Virus record (IMG/VR): IMGVR_UViG_3300025154_001556
Origin: a virus
Lineage: Duplodnaviria > Caudoviricetes
DNA: 64,000 bases
Reading direction: 5' to 3' (one strand)
Shown here: in pieces, positions 31,737-41,441 of the stretch
Layout of the letters: each line of letters starts with the position of its first letter
Numbering within the stretch: position 1 is the first letter of the stretch
Program-made: the position numbers and the translations under genes
The notes under the pieces: model-generated
Databases searched by the model: none
What the model saw: the letters and a program-made list of their open reading frames with translations, nothing else
Told to the model about the DNA's origin: nothing

Positions 31737-32539
31737 ACTTTGAAACCAATTAGTTTGTGTATGTCTTTATGACAAGTTTTACATAAAGTTACCCCATTGT
31801 TTACATCGTATAGTATTGATGTTAAGTTGTTATCCATAATATAATTAAAAGGTATTATGTGGTGTGCTACAAGCCTACCCCCTTTTTTATCACAATTCTG
31901 ACAAGTATAATTATTATTTATAAAAACCTCTGAACGCCATTGTCTATATTCCATGCTTTTACGTACAGTTTCATTAATAGTAGATACACCCCCTTTCCAG
32001 CCAGGTGCATTTTCTCCTGAAAAATTAGGCCTCTTAACACCTTTTAATGGGTGTCCTGTATGGTTATACGGTAATCTATTAGCTTTAAGATAATTACGCA
32101 AACCCTCATTCATAGCACTTGTATCAATTTTTTTACCATAAGCTGGATGTGCGTTGCCAGTGCGTCCATACATAGGGTTTTTACTACCAAGTTTAGATAA
32201 TGAGTATCTTTTTAACATATGCGCAGATCTTACTTTACCAAGATTTCCTTTACGTGTTTTTTCAGTTGCCTCTTGTGATTTTTTTGTGCCTAATAATGGA
32301 GATGGCTTACCCGTCTGTTTAGCAGAGACACCACAAGACTTACTACAATACATATTTTTATTGTGTAACAATCCTAAAAATGAGTCACCACACCAACAGC
32401 ACTTATCTATAAATGTATACTTATGAACAATCTTTTGTAAAGATTTACGGCCTTTTCTGGCATAAAAAATAGTGTTCAGCCATAATCCAGTGGTGATGTC
32501 ATAGCTTAGTTTATTTATATTGTCCCAACATAATTTCAT
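31733..32539 (-). mobile_element. Free-standing HNH homing endonuclease with NUMOD-type repeats
   Basis: CQNC...LVAHHII...NGVTLCKTCHKDIH; YCSKSC; NPMYG/HPAYG/APGWKGG repeats. Confidence 0.88.
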
Positions 32540-32820
32540 TTATCGGTATTAAAGCCCCCTTCGTCTTTATCAACAAGCTTTGTGTTTATTATGATTCTGC
32601 TAGTTGCTAAGGTTATAAAACCACCACCAAGAAAACTGAGCCCCAAGGCGGCGGATATCCAAGGTTCTTTTGTTCCTGGATTGATATGAAACATACCCCA
32701 CACTATTGGAATATAAATAAATAACAACCACTGATATTTTACAGAAGCTATATTTCTAAAACATTTCATAAGAAACAAATCCCAGAAATCTTTTCTAAAA
32801 ATAGATATATCCATAAACAT
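32536..32820 (-). CDS. Small two-TM membrane protein, holin candidate
   Basis: Two hydrophobic segments and a charged C-terminus. Confidence 0.4.
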   Translation of the reverse strand: MFMDISIFRKDFWDLFLMKCFRNIASVKYQWLLFIYIPIVWGMFHINPGTKEPWISAALGLSFLGGGFITLATSRIIINTKLVDKDEGGFNTDK

Positions 32821-32863
32821 TTATCTCCACAATTTATTAATAAAGTATTATCCATATAAGAGG

Positions 32864-34594
32864 TTACTTTATTTTTTTCTTTAATATGGCCATAGACATA
32901 TTAGTATTACTTGCCACATTAGTGATGGGCTTTGCTATTTCTCTAAAAGAAGAGTTGGGTGTCCTCTCTCTGATCATACCACCACTGCTATGTAGTACAG
33001 GATCTAAAACAGTATCCACAGGTTTACTAAGTTCTTTTGCGCCGAAGCCGGCCAGTATTAATGAGGAGTATAGATCTTTGTTTTGCCCTTTTTTGGGTGT
33101 ATCAAAGTGTAGCACACCGCTGCCTGTTTGTGTTAGTATGATACTTAGTAGTTGTTTTTTAAGTTCATATATGGCTGCGTATTGTTCATCTAATTGATCA
33201 GACCCGTCCGGCATGCGCTCTGGAAATAGTAAAAGTCTGTCTTCAAATAATGATAACGTTGAATAGTTAGCTTCTTGTATCCACTGTGGAGTAAAATTTA
33301 TTAACTCTAATATATGTTTACCTTTCCAGTGAGAATGATCTGGATTAGTTCTATCTATAATCGGTGTTGCACCATTATAACCTTCTTCTAACAAGTCACA
33401 TATAGCTTTACCACCGCCGGCCTTATCCATATATATACGAATAACGTTATACGTTTTGCAAACACTCTGTAAAGTAGTTACCATACCTTGTGTCGTGCCA
33501 TTCTTTACTTCTAACATATTTACTATTCTATTTGGTTGCCCTAATTTAACTATGGACACACCACAGCTTGCTGAGCCACCTTGATTAGGGTCTACCCCAA
33601 TGACATATTCAGCCTTACTATCTCCACTTAGTTCTAAGTAGTGCCCACTGTTACTTGTACATGCTTCTAGCATAGAAGCTTTAAAAAAGCCTTCGGAATC
33701 AGACACCATTTCTGCTTCATATTCCATACGAAATTCATGGTCAGACATTACCCGGCGGGCCTCTTCAATGTTGTTCTCGTCCAAGAAACCTTTTGGTAAA
33801 AACCAGTGAGGTATCTGATGCACCATAACATTAGACTCTTCTTCACCTTCTTGTATGATTTTATCCCAATAGGCACGCATACGCCTATACATATGGTTGA
33901 ATTTATAGAAGCCGGAAGAGGTCATTACCATCTTATTAACTTGATCATCATCAAAATCGTCTTCTGTGGCTAACCCGGATTCGATCAACAGCCTCATCTG
34001 TTCAAGGCGTCTAACATTAGCCATAGGATCTTGTTTAGTGGCGCCCATAGGTCGAAGAACCATATCAAGTATCTTATCTGGAACTTGTGCTAACTCATCA
34101 ATACATATTAAATAAAAACGTGAACCACGAATTTTAGCACCGTCATTACCTAGTGGTATGGCTTCAATGAATGAACCGTTACTAGAACCAACGGATTTAA
34201 ATTTAAGATAGGCTGTATCAGAGCCTCTAATAGGTTTCTTTTCTGTGGCTTCTCTGAGAATGGCTGATTTTGTATAGTGTTTTTCTACTTCTGAAAAAAT
34301 CATTTTTGATTGTCTAAAAGAGGGGCCTACTAAACCAACCCTGTACCCTGGATATAGCATAGCACGCAATGCAGCAAGTGTTCCAAGTAAAAAGCTTTTT
34401 CCAAAACCACGGCCGGCGACAGTGATTGTGTAGTCCCTAAACCACATATCCTCGAATACTATACGTTGTATAGGGGCTAAGTCTACACCTAATAAATCGT
34501 AGGCTGCTATACAGGGATTATTTCGATAGAACTCTATTAGCATAGGCCCTTGTCCCATTACAGCATCCATCATTCTACCTTTCTTACGAGCCAT
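32864..34594 (-). CDS. terL: Terminase large subunit
   Basis: Walker A AGRGFGKS, Walker B ICIDE, RNase-H-like VIGVDP nuclease start, C-terminal KDLYSSL. Confidence 0.92.
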   Translation of the reverse strand: MARKKGRMMDAVMGQGPMLIEFYRNNPCIAAYDLLGVDLAPIQRIVFEDMWFRDYTITVAGRGFGKSFLLGTLAALRAMLYPGYRVGLVGPSFRQSKMIFSEVEKHYTKSAILREATEKKPIRGSDTAYLKFKSVGSSNGSFIEAIPLGNDGAKIRGSRFYLICIDELAQVPDKILDMVLRPMGATKQDPMANVRRLEQMRLLIESGLATEDDFDDDQVNKMVMTSSGFYKFNHMYRRMRAYWDKIIQEGEEESNVMVHQIPHWFLPKGFLDENNIEEARRVMSDHEFRMEYEAEMVSDSEGFFKASMLEACTSNSGHYLELSGDSKAEYVIGVDPNQGGSASCGVSIVKLGQPNRIVNMLEVKNGTTQGMVTTLQSVCKTYNVIRIYMDKAGGGKAICDLLEEGYNGATPIIDRTNPDHSHWKGKHILELINFTPQWIQEANYSTLSLFEDRLLLFPERMPDGSDQLDEQYAAIYELKKQLLSIILTQTGSGVLHFDTPKKGQNKDLYSSLILAGFGAKELSKPVDTVLDPVLHSSGGMIRERTPNSSFREIAKPITNVASNTNMSMAILKKKIK

Positions 34595-35118
34595 TATTCG
34601 TCATTACCTTTTTTAATATGTCCATCTACATCATATTTATTACCTGGATGTTCTCTCACTAATTTTTTAGATGCCTCATCCTCTTCTTTAAGCTGCCTAA
34701 CTTTACTTTCCAGTGTACCACGCTTGGTCTGATCATAGGCAAAAGCTAAGTCCACAATAGAGAATCCTTTGTGCTCGTTAGGATTAATTCGATCCTTTCG
34801 TCTAGAAGATAAGCTTTCTTTAATCTTTTCTGTTTGTTTGCGTAATTTCTCTACACTGGCTGTTATGTCTAATTGACGATTAGCATCCCCTTTACTGGTG
34901 CGTAGTAGCCTGATTTCTAAAACCTTATTGGTGGCCAGGGTCATTACATCATCTAAATCGCTTGCGGATAATTCATCATCATCAAAGTCTTTTATGTAGA
35001 TGTCTACTAGGGATGTGTAGATATTAAGCTCGTCTTCGGCGAATAATTCGCCAATAGGCATAATTTCGGTTAGGAGTTGTCTAACACTTGGTGGGTTTTT
35101 TGGTCTTCCAGCTGCCAT
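34594..35118 (-). CDS. Probable terminase small subunit
   Basis: 174 aa helical protein with N-terminal GRP motif, overlapping the terL start. Confidence 0.5.
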   Translation of the reverse strand: MAAGRPKNPPSVRQLLTEIMPIGELFAEDELNIYTSLVDIYIKDFDDDELSASDLDDVMTLATNKVLEIRLLRTSKGDANRQLDITASVEKLRKQTEKIKESLSSRRKDRINPNEHKGFSIVDLAFAYDQTKRGTLESKVRQLKEEDEASKKLVREHPGNKYDVDGHIKKGNDE

Positions 35119-35119
35119 A

Positions 35120-35533
35120 TTATAAATCCATATAATCGTTTATATCAATACCTAATTCCGCACAACGCTCTTTAAGTAATAATATGGTTTCTGGTGTTAA
35201 ATCATGGCTGAAATAGTCTATATTGTCTCCATAAACTAATTCTGTTTTACGTGTATTACGCATAGATCTATCAGTTAATATATCTTCAAATTCGTCTAGT
35301 TCTTCTCTAATATCAGTAATCCAAGAACATAAGCTGTCATCATCAGATCTACAATATCTGTTAATTAGCTCTGTTGACAGTGGATTAAGACGTCTAAAAT
35401 AAATCATTAGCGTTCTTGATATTTTATTTTTAGTTTCTTGTGTGTGCAACTGCCCTTTTTTAGATTCGCTTATTGCCATTTTACTAGTGTCACTTAACCT
35501 ATATCCAGTAGGACGACCTCTTTTTTTAGTCAT
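35120..35533 (-). CDS. Putative DNA-binding protein with AT-hook-like and NUMOD3-like motifs
   Basis: KKRGRP; HTQETKNKIS; no nuclease motif seen. Confidence 0.5.
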   Translation of the reverse strand: MTKKRGRPTGYRLSDTSKMAISESKKGQLHTQETKNKISRTLMIYFRRLNPLSTELINRYCRSDDDSLCSWITDIREELDEFEDILTDRSMRNTRKTELVYGDNIDYFSHDLTPETILLLKERCAELGIDINDYMDL

Positions 35534-35855
35534 TATCTACCTCCTGAATAGCCGCGTATGTTTTACAATTTGAACATATAATGCCCACAGTGTTCTTGTT
35601 CACATACTTAGTTACCCCACAATTTGTACATTTAACTAGCTTGTGTCTACCATCTTTCTTGGGTTTGGAAAATGTAAAAGGTAATTTACCGTAAGTATCC
35701 ATTAACTTACTTTCGTCATGTATGCGTTTGTTGTGACGCGTAATACCACCAACAGGCTCATAACGTCTACCAGTGGACCCAGGAGATAATTCCTGTTTAC
35801 CAACATTTGCGTTGGCTATTCCCTTAGATAAAGCTTTAATAAACTCACTATTCAT
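35526..35855 (-). CDS. Zinc-ribbon protein
   Basis: CTNC...CSNC at the C-terminus. Confidence 0.6.
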   Translation of the reverse strand: MNSEFIKALSKGIANANVGKQELSPGSTGRRYEPVGGITRHNKRIHDESKLMDTYGKLPFTFSKPKKDGRHKLVKCTNCGVTKYVNKNTVGIICSNCKTYAAIQEVDND

Positions 35856-35891
35856 TATATATCACCATAAGTTTTAATAAACGTCATATAG

Positions 35892-36455
35892 TTATCTTTT
35901 GTAATAAACTTCTATTGTTTTCTTAGACGCTATGTAGTCAGACATATACACACATAACTCCTCAGGGGTGTAGTCACTTAGAGGTTTTAACCATTCACCA
36001 GTAGACCAAGGACCATAATGGTATCCCACAGACTTTCTAATTATATTAAATGAATCTTCCTCTAATATCTGTGTGGCTTCTTGAACTTCTGCTGTTAAAT
36101 CAGCACCAAGTTTAGGATGGGCCTTGGATGTATGTCCTGACTTTACCAATCCTTGCTTTCTTAAATCATGGATGATACATGCCGATAAGATCTCGTCCCT
36201 TCTATCTTCACAACCCAGACCACGACATAAGTCATATGCTACTGTAAATACTTTCTTTGTATGCAGTATAGTACCATCAGGCCCCAACTCAGAAATTGGA
36301 TGAAATTTACCAGTACTAGAAGCTGGACAATCTAAAAAAACGTAGTCGGGTGCTGACATAATACATAAACGTGTAAATTCTCTCACAGAAGGATCGAATA
36401 TTAATGCTAGTTCTTGTTCAAATACTGCTGCTTTTTCCTCTGGTGTAATACTCAT
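35892..36455 (-). CDS. HD-domain phosphohydrolase
   Basis: PASSTGKFHP, GTILHT, CIIHD, IRKSVGYHYG and YMSDY motifs. Confidence 0.85.
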   Translation of the reverse strand: MSITPEEKAAVFEQELALIFDPSVREFTRLCIMSAPDYVFLDCPASSTGKFHPISELGPDGTILHTKKVFTVAYDLCRGLGCEDRRDEILSACIIHDLRKQGLVKSGHTSKAHPKLGADLTAEVQEATQILEEDSFNIIRKSVGYHYGPWSTGEWLKPLSDYTPEELCVYMSDYIASKKTIEVYYKR

Positions 36456-36463
36456 TTAAATCC

Positions 36464-36700
36464 TCACCTTGGTTTTAGAGTAAAATCATCACTCTCTAAA
36501 TTAATTTTTTCTGGTTTTGTTGCTTGGTGGTGAGGGTTATAACCCGGTTGTGGAAAGCTACCACCTTCACCCCTATAATTTCTTGGGTAAGCATCAAATT
36601 TAATAAATCTGTCTTTCTTATCAGTACTTAGTGGGTAACGCTCTTGAAATTTTGTAAATGTAGGTTCTCTAAATTCACTAATATCTATCGGCATGATCAA
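36464..36700 (-). CDS. Hypothetical protein
   Basis: 78 aa with GGAGGG RBS. Confidence 0.55.
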   Translation of the reverse strand: MIMPIDISEFREPTFTKFQERYPLSTDKKDRFIKFDAYPRNYRGEGGSFPQPGYNPHHQATKPEKINLESDDFTLKPR

Positions 36701-36797
36701 TAACCCTCCAAACTAAATTTATTAACAGCCACCCTTACCGCCCTTACCACCTTTCTTAGTATCTTTCTTAGCCATGTTAGCACCCAACTATTGTATG

Positions 36798-37067
36798 TTA
36801 TTTATTTTTAACAAACTCATCATATTCCTGCGTGTATGATGCAACAGCTTTATTAATAGACTCTTTATTGGATTGAATGAAGCCCATTAAGTCAAAAGCA
36901 AAATCAGGAATTACATTACCTTTCCATTCGTAGTTAATAGAGATATATTCCCCTTCACCTTTCTTAGCCACTACTGAAGCATAGTTGTAACCTTCTTTGC
37001 TCTTTGAGATGCTTGTATGCATAACCTCATCAGGATTAATTGAAAGTGTCATTGTTTTGCTTGCCAT
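36798..37067 (-). CDS. Hypothetical protein
   Basis: 89 aa with AGGAGA RBS. Confidence 0.6.
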   Translation of the reverse strand: MASKTMTLSINPDEVMHTSISKSKEGYNYASVVAKKGEGEYISINYEWKGNVIPDFAFDLMGFIQSNKESINKAVASYTQEYDEFVKNK

Positions 37068-37669
37068 GTTCGTGTCTCCTTTATGTTTAGTGTGTTTTCT
37101 AAAAAATAATCTAATTTTTTATACAAATCTTCTGTGGTTCCATCATTAGCAACTGTATAATGGATAGTTAGCTTGTTATCATCTAAGGCAGTCTCAGTCT
37201 CATGATCTTGTCCTTGAATCCTGGGCCTTTCTTTTCTTGTAATCCTTATATGATAACCACCTCTGTCTAAGATGGCCTTTACTTCATTGGGTTGTCTTAC
37301 GTCTGTAATAATTGTGTTACTTTTACTAAAATCCTGTATATTACGAAACAAAGCTTTAACCCAATAGTCTTTATCAAAAGATCTCATAAACTGCCCATAA
37401 GATTGCATCATCTCTCTTGGAGTCCAAAAACCACCTTCTTGTTTGGGGTAACGCTCATCAGGTTGTTCTTTTAAATTACCATATAGTTGATTATGGCTTA
37501 AATCAAATTTCTCTAGCAACTCTTGCTTTAACATGTTGGCAAAAGCGGTTATAGATGTATTGTAATAAACCGCGCCTATCTTGTTATATAAGTAAGTACC
37601 AGCTGTGTCTTTACCTGATCTAGCCTTTCCTGAAATACCTATTAAAATGTTTCCTTTAATACTTTCCAT
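37049..37669 (-). CDS. Deoxynucleoside monophosphate kinase
   Basis: IGISGKARSGKDT P-loop, TPREMMQSYGQ, IITDVRQPNE, HETE. Likely start MESIK at 37669. Confidence 0.88.
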   Translation of the reverse strand: MESIKGNILIGISGKARSGKDTAGTYLYNKIGAVYYNTSITAFANMLKQELLEKFDLSHNQLYGNLKEQPDERYPKQEGGFWTPREMMQSYGQFMRSFDKDYWVKALFRNIQDFSKSNTIITDVRQPNEVKAILDRGGYHIRITRKERPRIQGQDHETETALDDNKLTIHYTVANDGTTEDLYKKLDYFLENTLNIKETRTWQAKQ

Positions 37670-37683
37670 TTGTGTAAATAACC

Positions 37684-37965
37684 TTACGTGAGTGTTAAGC
37701 AAAAAGAGTTACCTTGCCTTTTTATTCTGCCTGATGAGAAATTGTCTTGCCTAACCTGAGTATCGTAGTGATATTCAGGTTTTATTACTTTGTTATTATA
37801 GCAGATACATTCTATATTGTCAAGTATATTTTTTTCAAGGGTTGTATTATCAACAACACAATTAACAATTACCGGCATATCATGTATAAGCAATAAAATA
37901 ACTTTATATCTGATATTTAAACAAATTTTATTTATCTTTTTAAAAAGTGTATTTACTAAGTTCAT
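37684..37965 (-). CDS. Hypothetical protein
   Basis: 93 aa ORF coupled with neighbours. Confidence 0.45.
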   Translation of the reverse strand: MNLVNTLFKKINKICLNIRYKVILLLIHDMPVIVNCVVDNTTLEKNILDNIECICYNNKVIKPEYHYDTQVRQDNFSSGRIKRQGNSFCLTLT

Positions 37966-38219
37966 AATTTAAATCCTTTTAACTTTTTAATGCTTTTGCT
38001 TAACTCGTCGGTTTCTTTTTTTATAGTAGTAAATAGTTTATTAATAGATTTGTCCCAATCATCCATTGAATTATCTTGTCTATCTATTTCTAGCAATTTA
38101 ACTAAGTACTCCTTGCACATAGTATTATCAATGCAATGTTTGTCTTTGCAAACGCATCTAATATCAAAATCTTCTAATTTTACCCAATATCTATCAACCA
38201 ACTTCGGTACTCCAATCAT
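37962..38219 (-). CDS. Hypothetical protein
   Basis: 85 aa ORF. Confidence 0.5.
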   Translation of the reverse strand: MIGVPKLVDRYWVKLEDFDIRCVCKDKHCIDNTMCKEYLVKLLEIDRQDNSMDDWDKSINKLFTTIKKETDELSKSIKKLKGFKL

Positions 38220-38619
38220 TAGCTTTTATGTAACGAATTAATTTTAAGTAGTCTTCTAATAAACTAGCCCTGTCTTTCATTATAGATAATATATCAATGT
38301 GCATAGTATCACTATTTATTAAAGTAGTGTATAAATTTAACCTACTTTCCAAAGTAGCTGCTATTTCTAAAGCATCAGTTATATTAATTTTATTACTGTC
38401 AACAATTATATGGTTATCAGTATTACATTTCTTTAATACAACTTTTTGGCTTTGTAATTGATCGTATAAATTAAATAACTTTATAATACATTCTTTATAC
38501 ATCTTGGACAGACTGTCTCTGTCACCAGTAATATTTTGTAGCCTACTTATGTAGTTCTCTAACTCTTTAATCTCATCTTGTGTTTGTAATTTACGTAAAA
38601 CTAATTCAGCCACCAGCAT
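38194..38619 (-). CDS. Hypothetical helical protein
   Basis: 141 aa ORF. Confidence 0.55.
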   Translation of the reverse strand: MLVAELVLRKLQTQDEIKELENYISRLQNITGDRDSLSKMYKECIIKLFNLYDQLQSQKVVLKKCNTDNHIIVDSNKINITDALEIAATLESRLNLYTTLINSDTMHIDILSIMKDRASLLEDYLKLIRYIKANDWSTEVG

Positions 38620-38631
38620 ATGTAAACCTCA

Positions 38632-39315
38632 TTATAGGAATGTACCACAACTACCACAGTATTTTATGTAAGACTTCCAACGTTTTCCACAGGAAGGACA
38701 TTGTTTTTTGGTCTTAGTCATTATAGGTGTTTTTACTTCACGTTTAAACTCATCACATCCTTGTAATTTAAGTGTAATAACATATGACTGTGTCTCTAAA
38801 ATACCCGTATGTGTTGTTATAAAATCTTGTTTTGTTGGGGTTCCTTTTACAGTTATACCAGATGAACTATATGTATTAGAAGCACCAGCTACACCTGCTC
38901 TATAACCTATCACGTCATAGCTTGATTTAAAGCCCGACAACTCTTTAATAAAATCTCTATAAGGTATCGATGGTTTTTCAAAAGTATACTCTACCCTAAC
39001 TATGCCATCATCTAGCCTGTCTCCTCTAAAATCTGATATAGCCTTAGTCTTCTGTATAAATCTAAATTTATTATTTACACTTAAATTGTCTAAGGCACCT
39101 TGTAATTCTACTATATCATTAGCCGGAACAACTATCTGGTTACCATTTAGTACAGATAGGCCATCAATATCCACAGATACCACCGCTCTACGTGAATCAT
39201 AGTTTTTTAGTACAATGGTGTAGTCTGAACCAAAAGGAACAGTAACTACACCATCTATTTCTCTAAGTACTTTACCATTGTGTTTTAATATAACTAAAAA
39301 ATTGTTTTTATACAT
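38632..39315 (-). CDS. Conserved-looking phage protein with C-terminal zinc ribbon
   Basis: VPFGSDYTIVLKN..SRRAVVSVDIDG N-terminus; CPSC...CGSC; AGGAGA RBS. Confidence 0.65.
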   Translation of the reverse strand: MYKNNFLVILKHNGKVLREIDGVVTVPFGSDYTIVLKNYDSRRAVVSVDIDGLSVLNGNQIVVPANDIVELQGALDNLSVNNKFRFIQKTKAISDFRGDRLDDGIVRVEYTFEKPSIPYRDFIKELSGFKSSYDVIGYRAGVAGASNTYSSSGITVKGTPTKQDFITTHTGILETQSYVITLKLQGCDEFKREVKTPIMTKTKKQCPSCGKRWKSYIKYCGSCGTFL

Positions 39316-39376
39316 AATGTTCTCCTTTAAAGACCCCCAGCAACGGTCTTGGTTTATACTGGATGGATAATTGTTA

Positions 39377-39858
39377 TTATAAAAGCTTTACTTCTGTTGC
39401 CTGAATACCCTTTTCTGTATTCTTTAAAATAAAACTTACTGGTTGGCCGGCTTTAAGTGTTTTATAGCCGTCCATATCAATACTTGTAAAGTGGATAAAA
39501 TACTCTGCGTCTGGATTACCATCAATCAACACAAAGCCGTATCCGCGGTCATTACTAACATTTTTTTCGAGTTAGTTCGTTACACTAACCCCGCCTATGC
39601 AGGCTGCTTTATGTTTCCATAAAGAAAAGACTATATCAAAATCCTGTTAAGGATTCTCCCCATTTCGGACCACTTGGTCCTACGAGCCTTCGCTCTAGTC
39701 GTTGAACCTTCCTCTTACGAGGCTTGGCTGCTGATTATCTTCGACATTATTCGCTAAGATTTTCCAGCAATTAAAGGAGTTTCGATACATTGTTACCAAT
39801 GTAAAGGGCTCTACATAATGAACCATTTAACTGTTCCGTTAATTCTTTCTTCACTCAT
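39377..39858 (-). CDS. csp: Cold-shock domain protein, 72 aa after splicing: join(39822..39858, 39377..39558)
   Basis: Spliced product MSEERINGTVKWFSNDRGYGFVLIDGNPDAEYFIHFTSIDMDGYKTLKAGQPVSFILKNTEKGIQATEVKLL has RNP1 (RGYGFV) and RNP2 (YFIHF) motifs; GGAG RBS; missed by the ORF track. Confidence 0.93.
39559..39821 (-). ncRNA. Group I self-splicing intron (263 nt, no internal ORF; IA-like with P7.1/P7.2)
   Basis: 5' exon ends in U and intron ends in G. P1 pairs UAAAUGGU with IGS GCCCUUUA (terminal U.G wobble); P10 pairs UCAUUA with exon-2 UAAUGA. Core P AAUUGCUGGAAA, Q AAUCAGCAG, R UCAACGACUAGA, S GAUAUAGUCU. P2 UACAUUG-GUAA-CAAUGUA; P9 CUUUAUG-GAAA-CAUAAAG. Confidence 0.93.
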
Positions 39859-39915
39859 AATTCAAACTCCTTTGGTTTTTATTTGTATAAAGGTAATTTT
39901 AATTTACCCGGTAAA

Positions 39916-40359
39916 TTAACTTAAAAATACTTTTTTCTCTGCCTCTCTTCTATTTACCAAACCAGCAACTACCTTACCGCCGGCTTTTCTCCACAACAAG
40001 AAACTACTTGCTGCCCCTTCATAATCACCTATATTTAGTTTCCTTAATACAGTTGATTTTGAAAAATTACCTAAACCAATGTTATAAGCTAAACTAACCA
40101 AAGCATTAAATTGGTTTTGTGTTACTTTAATTTTTACAAACTCGTTAACACTTTCAGCAAAAGTCGCTACTACATGATTTAGTATTTCAGTAGCACGTTC
40201 TTTAGTTATAGGGGCGTCTGTTAACTTAACTTTTGTACCATCCTCGTAGTAAGTATTACCATAACCTATGGTAGGAATACCTGCTGGACATAGATAAGGC
40301 TTTGAACTAAATCCTTCAAATTTTTTTATTAAATCTAAACCTACTGTATCTATTTTCAT
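39916..40359 (-). CDS. GH24 lysozyme (endolysin)
   Basis: IKKFEG-x-PYLCPAGIPTIGYG catalytic E-x8-C-x5-T; NQFNALVSLAYNIG; GLVNRREAE. Confidence 0.92.
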   Translation of the reverse strand: MKIDTVGLDLIKKFEGFSSKPYLCPAGIPTIGYGNTYYEDGTKVKLTDAPITKERATEILNHVVATFAESVNEFVKIKVTQNQFNALVSLAYNIGLGNFSKSTVLRKLNIGDYEGAASSFLLWRKAGGKVVAGLVNRREAEKKVFLS

Positions 40360-40405
40360 TAATGTAACCTCCCTATTACTGTTTATTACAGAGGGTAGTT
40401 AATTA

Positions 40406-41410
40406 TTATAGTTGAGATGCCATTAAACAACCGGCAGCTACACAAGTCATAGGTGAGGCAGCCCTTCTAATTTCACTAATCTTCATAGGTAATGTAATAC
40501 CTGATAACCGCTCCTCAAACATTCTGGTAAAACCCTCCGCCAACGTTAATCCACCTGAAACTATAATAGGCACAGGTTCTCTAAAAATGGGTAGCCTCTT
40601 TTCTTGCTTTTTAAGCTCAAAAGAAATATTTTGCAATACATAATTTATTACAGATGAGTAGTAAACTGCTATAGCCTCTGCTATCTTATCCTTAGGATTA
40701 TACAAATCAATTCCTGACTCTTTTTCTAACTGAATCAATGATGGGGACATATCTAAGGCGGTGCCTACGGAATGGTCAATAAAATCTCCTGATCTTGTAA
40801 CAGAGAATTCAACCAACGGATCACCTTGATGAATTACAGATATGTTAGCCATACCTGCGCCGAGCGATAAAGCAATGCCAGTTAAACCATCATCTAGTAA
40901 TTCTGATAGTCCAATGGCAAATGCCTCATTGATAGGTTGAGGGGAATATCCCTGATCCCTAAAAAACATATTTAACATCTCTTGATGGTACACAATATCA
41001 AACACAGCATCTACTGGTTTAGCTGGAACAGAATAAACTAATGTGTCACTACCATTACCTCTACCCACTAAATTTGAAAGTAGTACCTTTAACATAGGTA
41101 AGCTGTTTTTATCCTTAGGTGATATAACACCATTTAACATTGGTCTGCTGGAACTACAATTACGTTCCATTGCTATGTGAAGAGCGTCCTCACCAATAAT
41201 TAAAAAGTCCGCGTCGTCCTCAATAAAATTAACACCCCTCTTACTTAGGGACGTTTTAATTGATTGTCTATTAACCTCACTTTTTGGCACTAATCTGTAA
41301 AAAGCATCCCGCTCTAATTTGAATATCGGGTTTCCCTCATCATCAACTTTTGCCACACATAAAGAATTTGTACCAACATCCACACCTACACTCATATTAA
41401 TCCCTCTCAT
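40406..41410 (-). CDS. Actin-like ATPase, volactin-like family
   Basis: Phosphate-1 GVDVGT, connect-1 PINEA, phosphate-2 SLGAGMAN, adenosine IVSGG, C-terminal VAAG. Likely start 41395. Confidence 0.85.
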   Translation of the reverse strand: MRGINMSVGVDVGTNSLCVAKVDDEGNPIFKLERDAFYRLVPKSEVNRQSIKTSLSKRGVNFIEDDADFLIIGEDALHIAMERNCSSSRPMLNGVISPKDKNSLPMLKVLLSNLVGRGNGSDTLVYSVPAKPVDAVFDIVYHQEMLNMFFRDQGYSPQPINEAFAIGLSELLDDGLTGIALSLGAGMANISVIHQGDPLVEFSVTRSGDFIDHSVGTALDMSPSLIQLEKESGIDLYNPKDKIAEAIAVYYSSVINYVLQNISFELKKQEKRLPIFREPVPIIVSGGLTLAEGFTRMFEERLSGITLPMKISEIRRAASPMTCVAAGCLMASQL

Positions 41411-41441
41411 ATTTTAGTTCATTAAAGTTTATTATACAAAC

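Noticed and set aside
35892-37669. DNA base-modification pathway (for example DatZ/PurZ)
   Set aside because: The HD protein and dNMP kinase are common phage genes; no PurZ, MazZ or other modification enzyme is visible.
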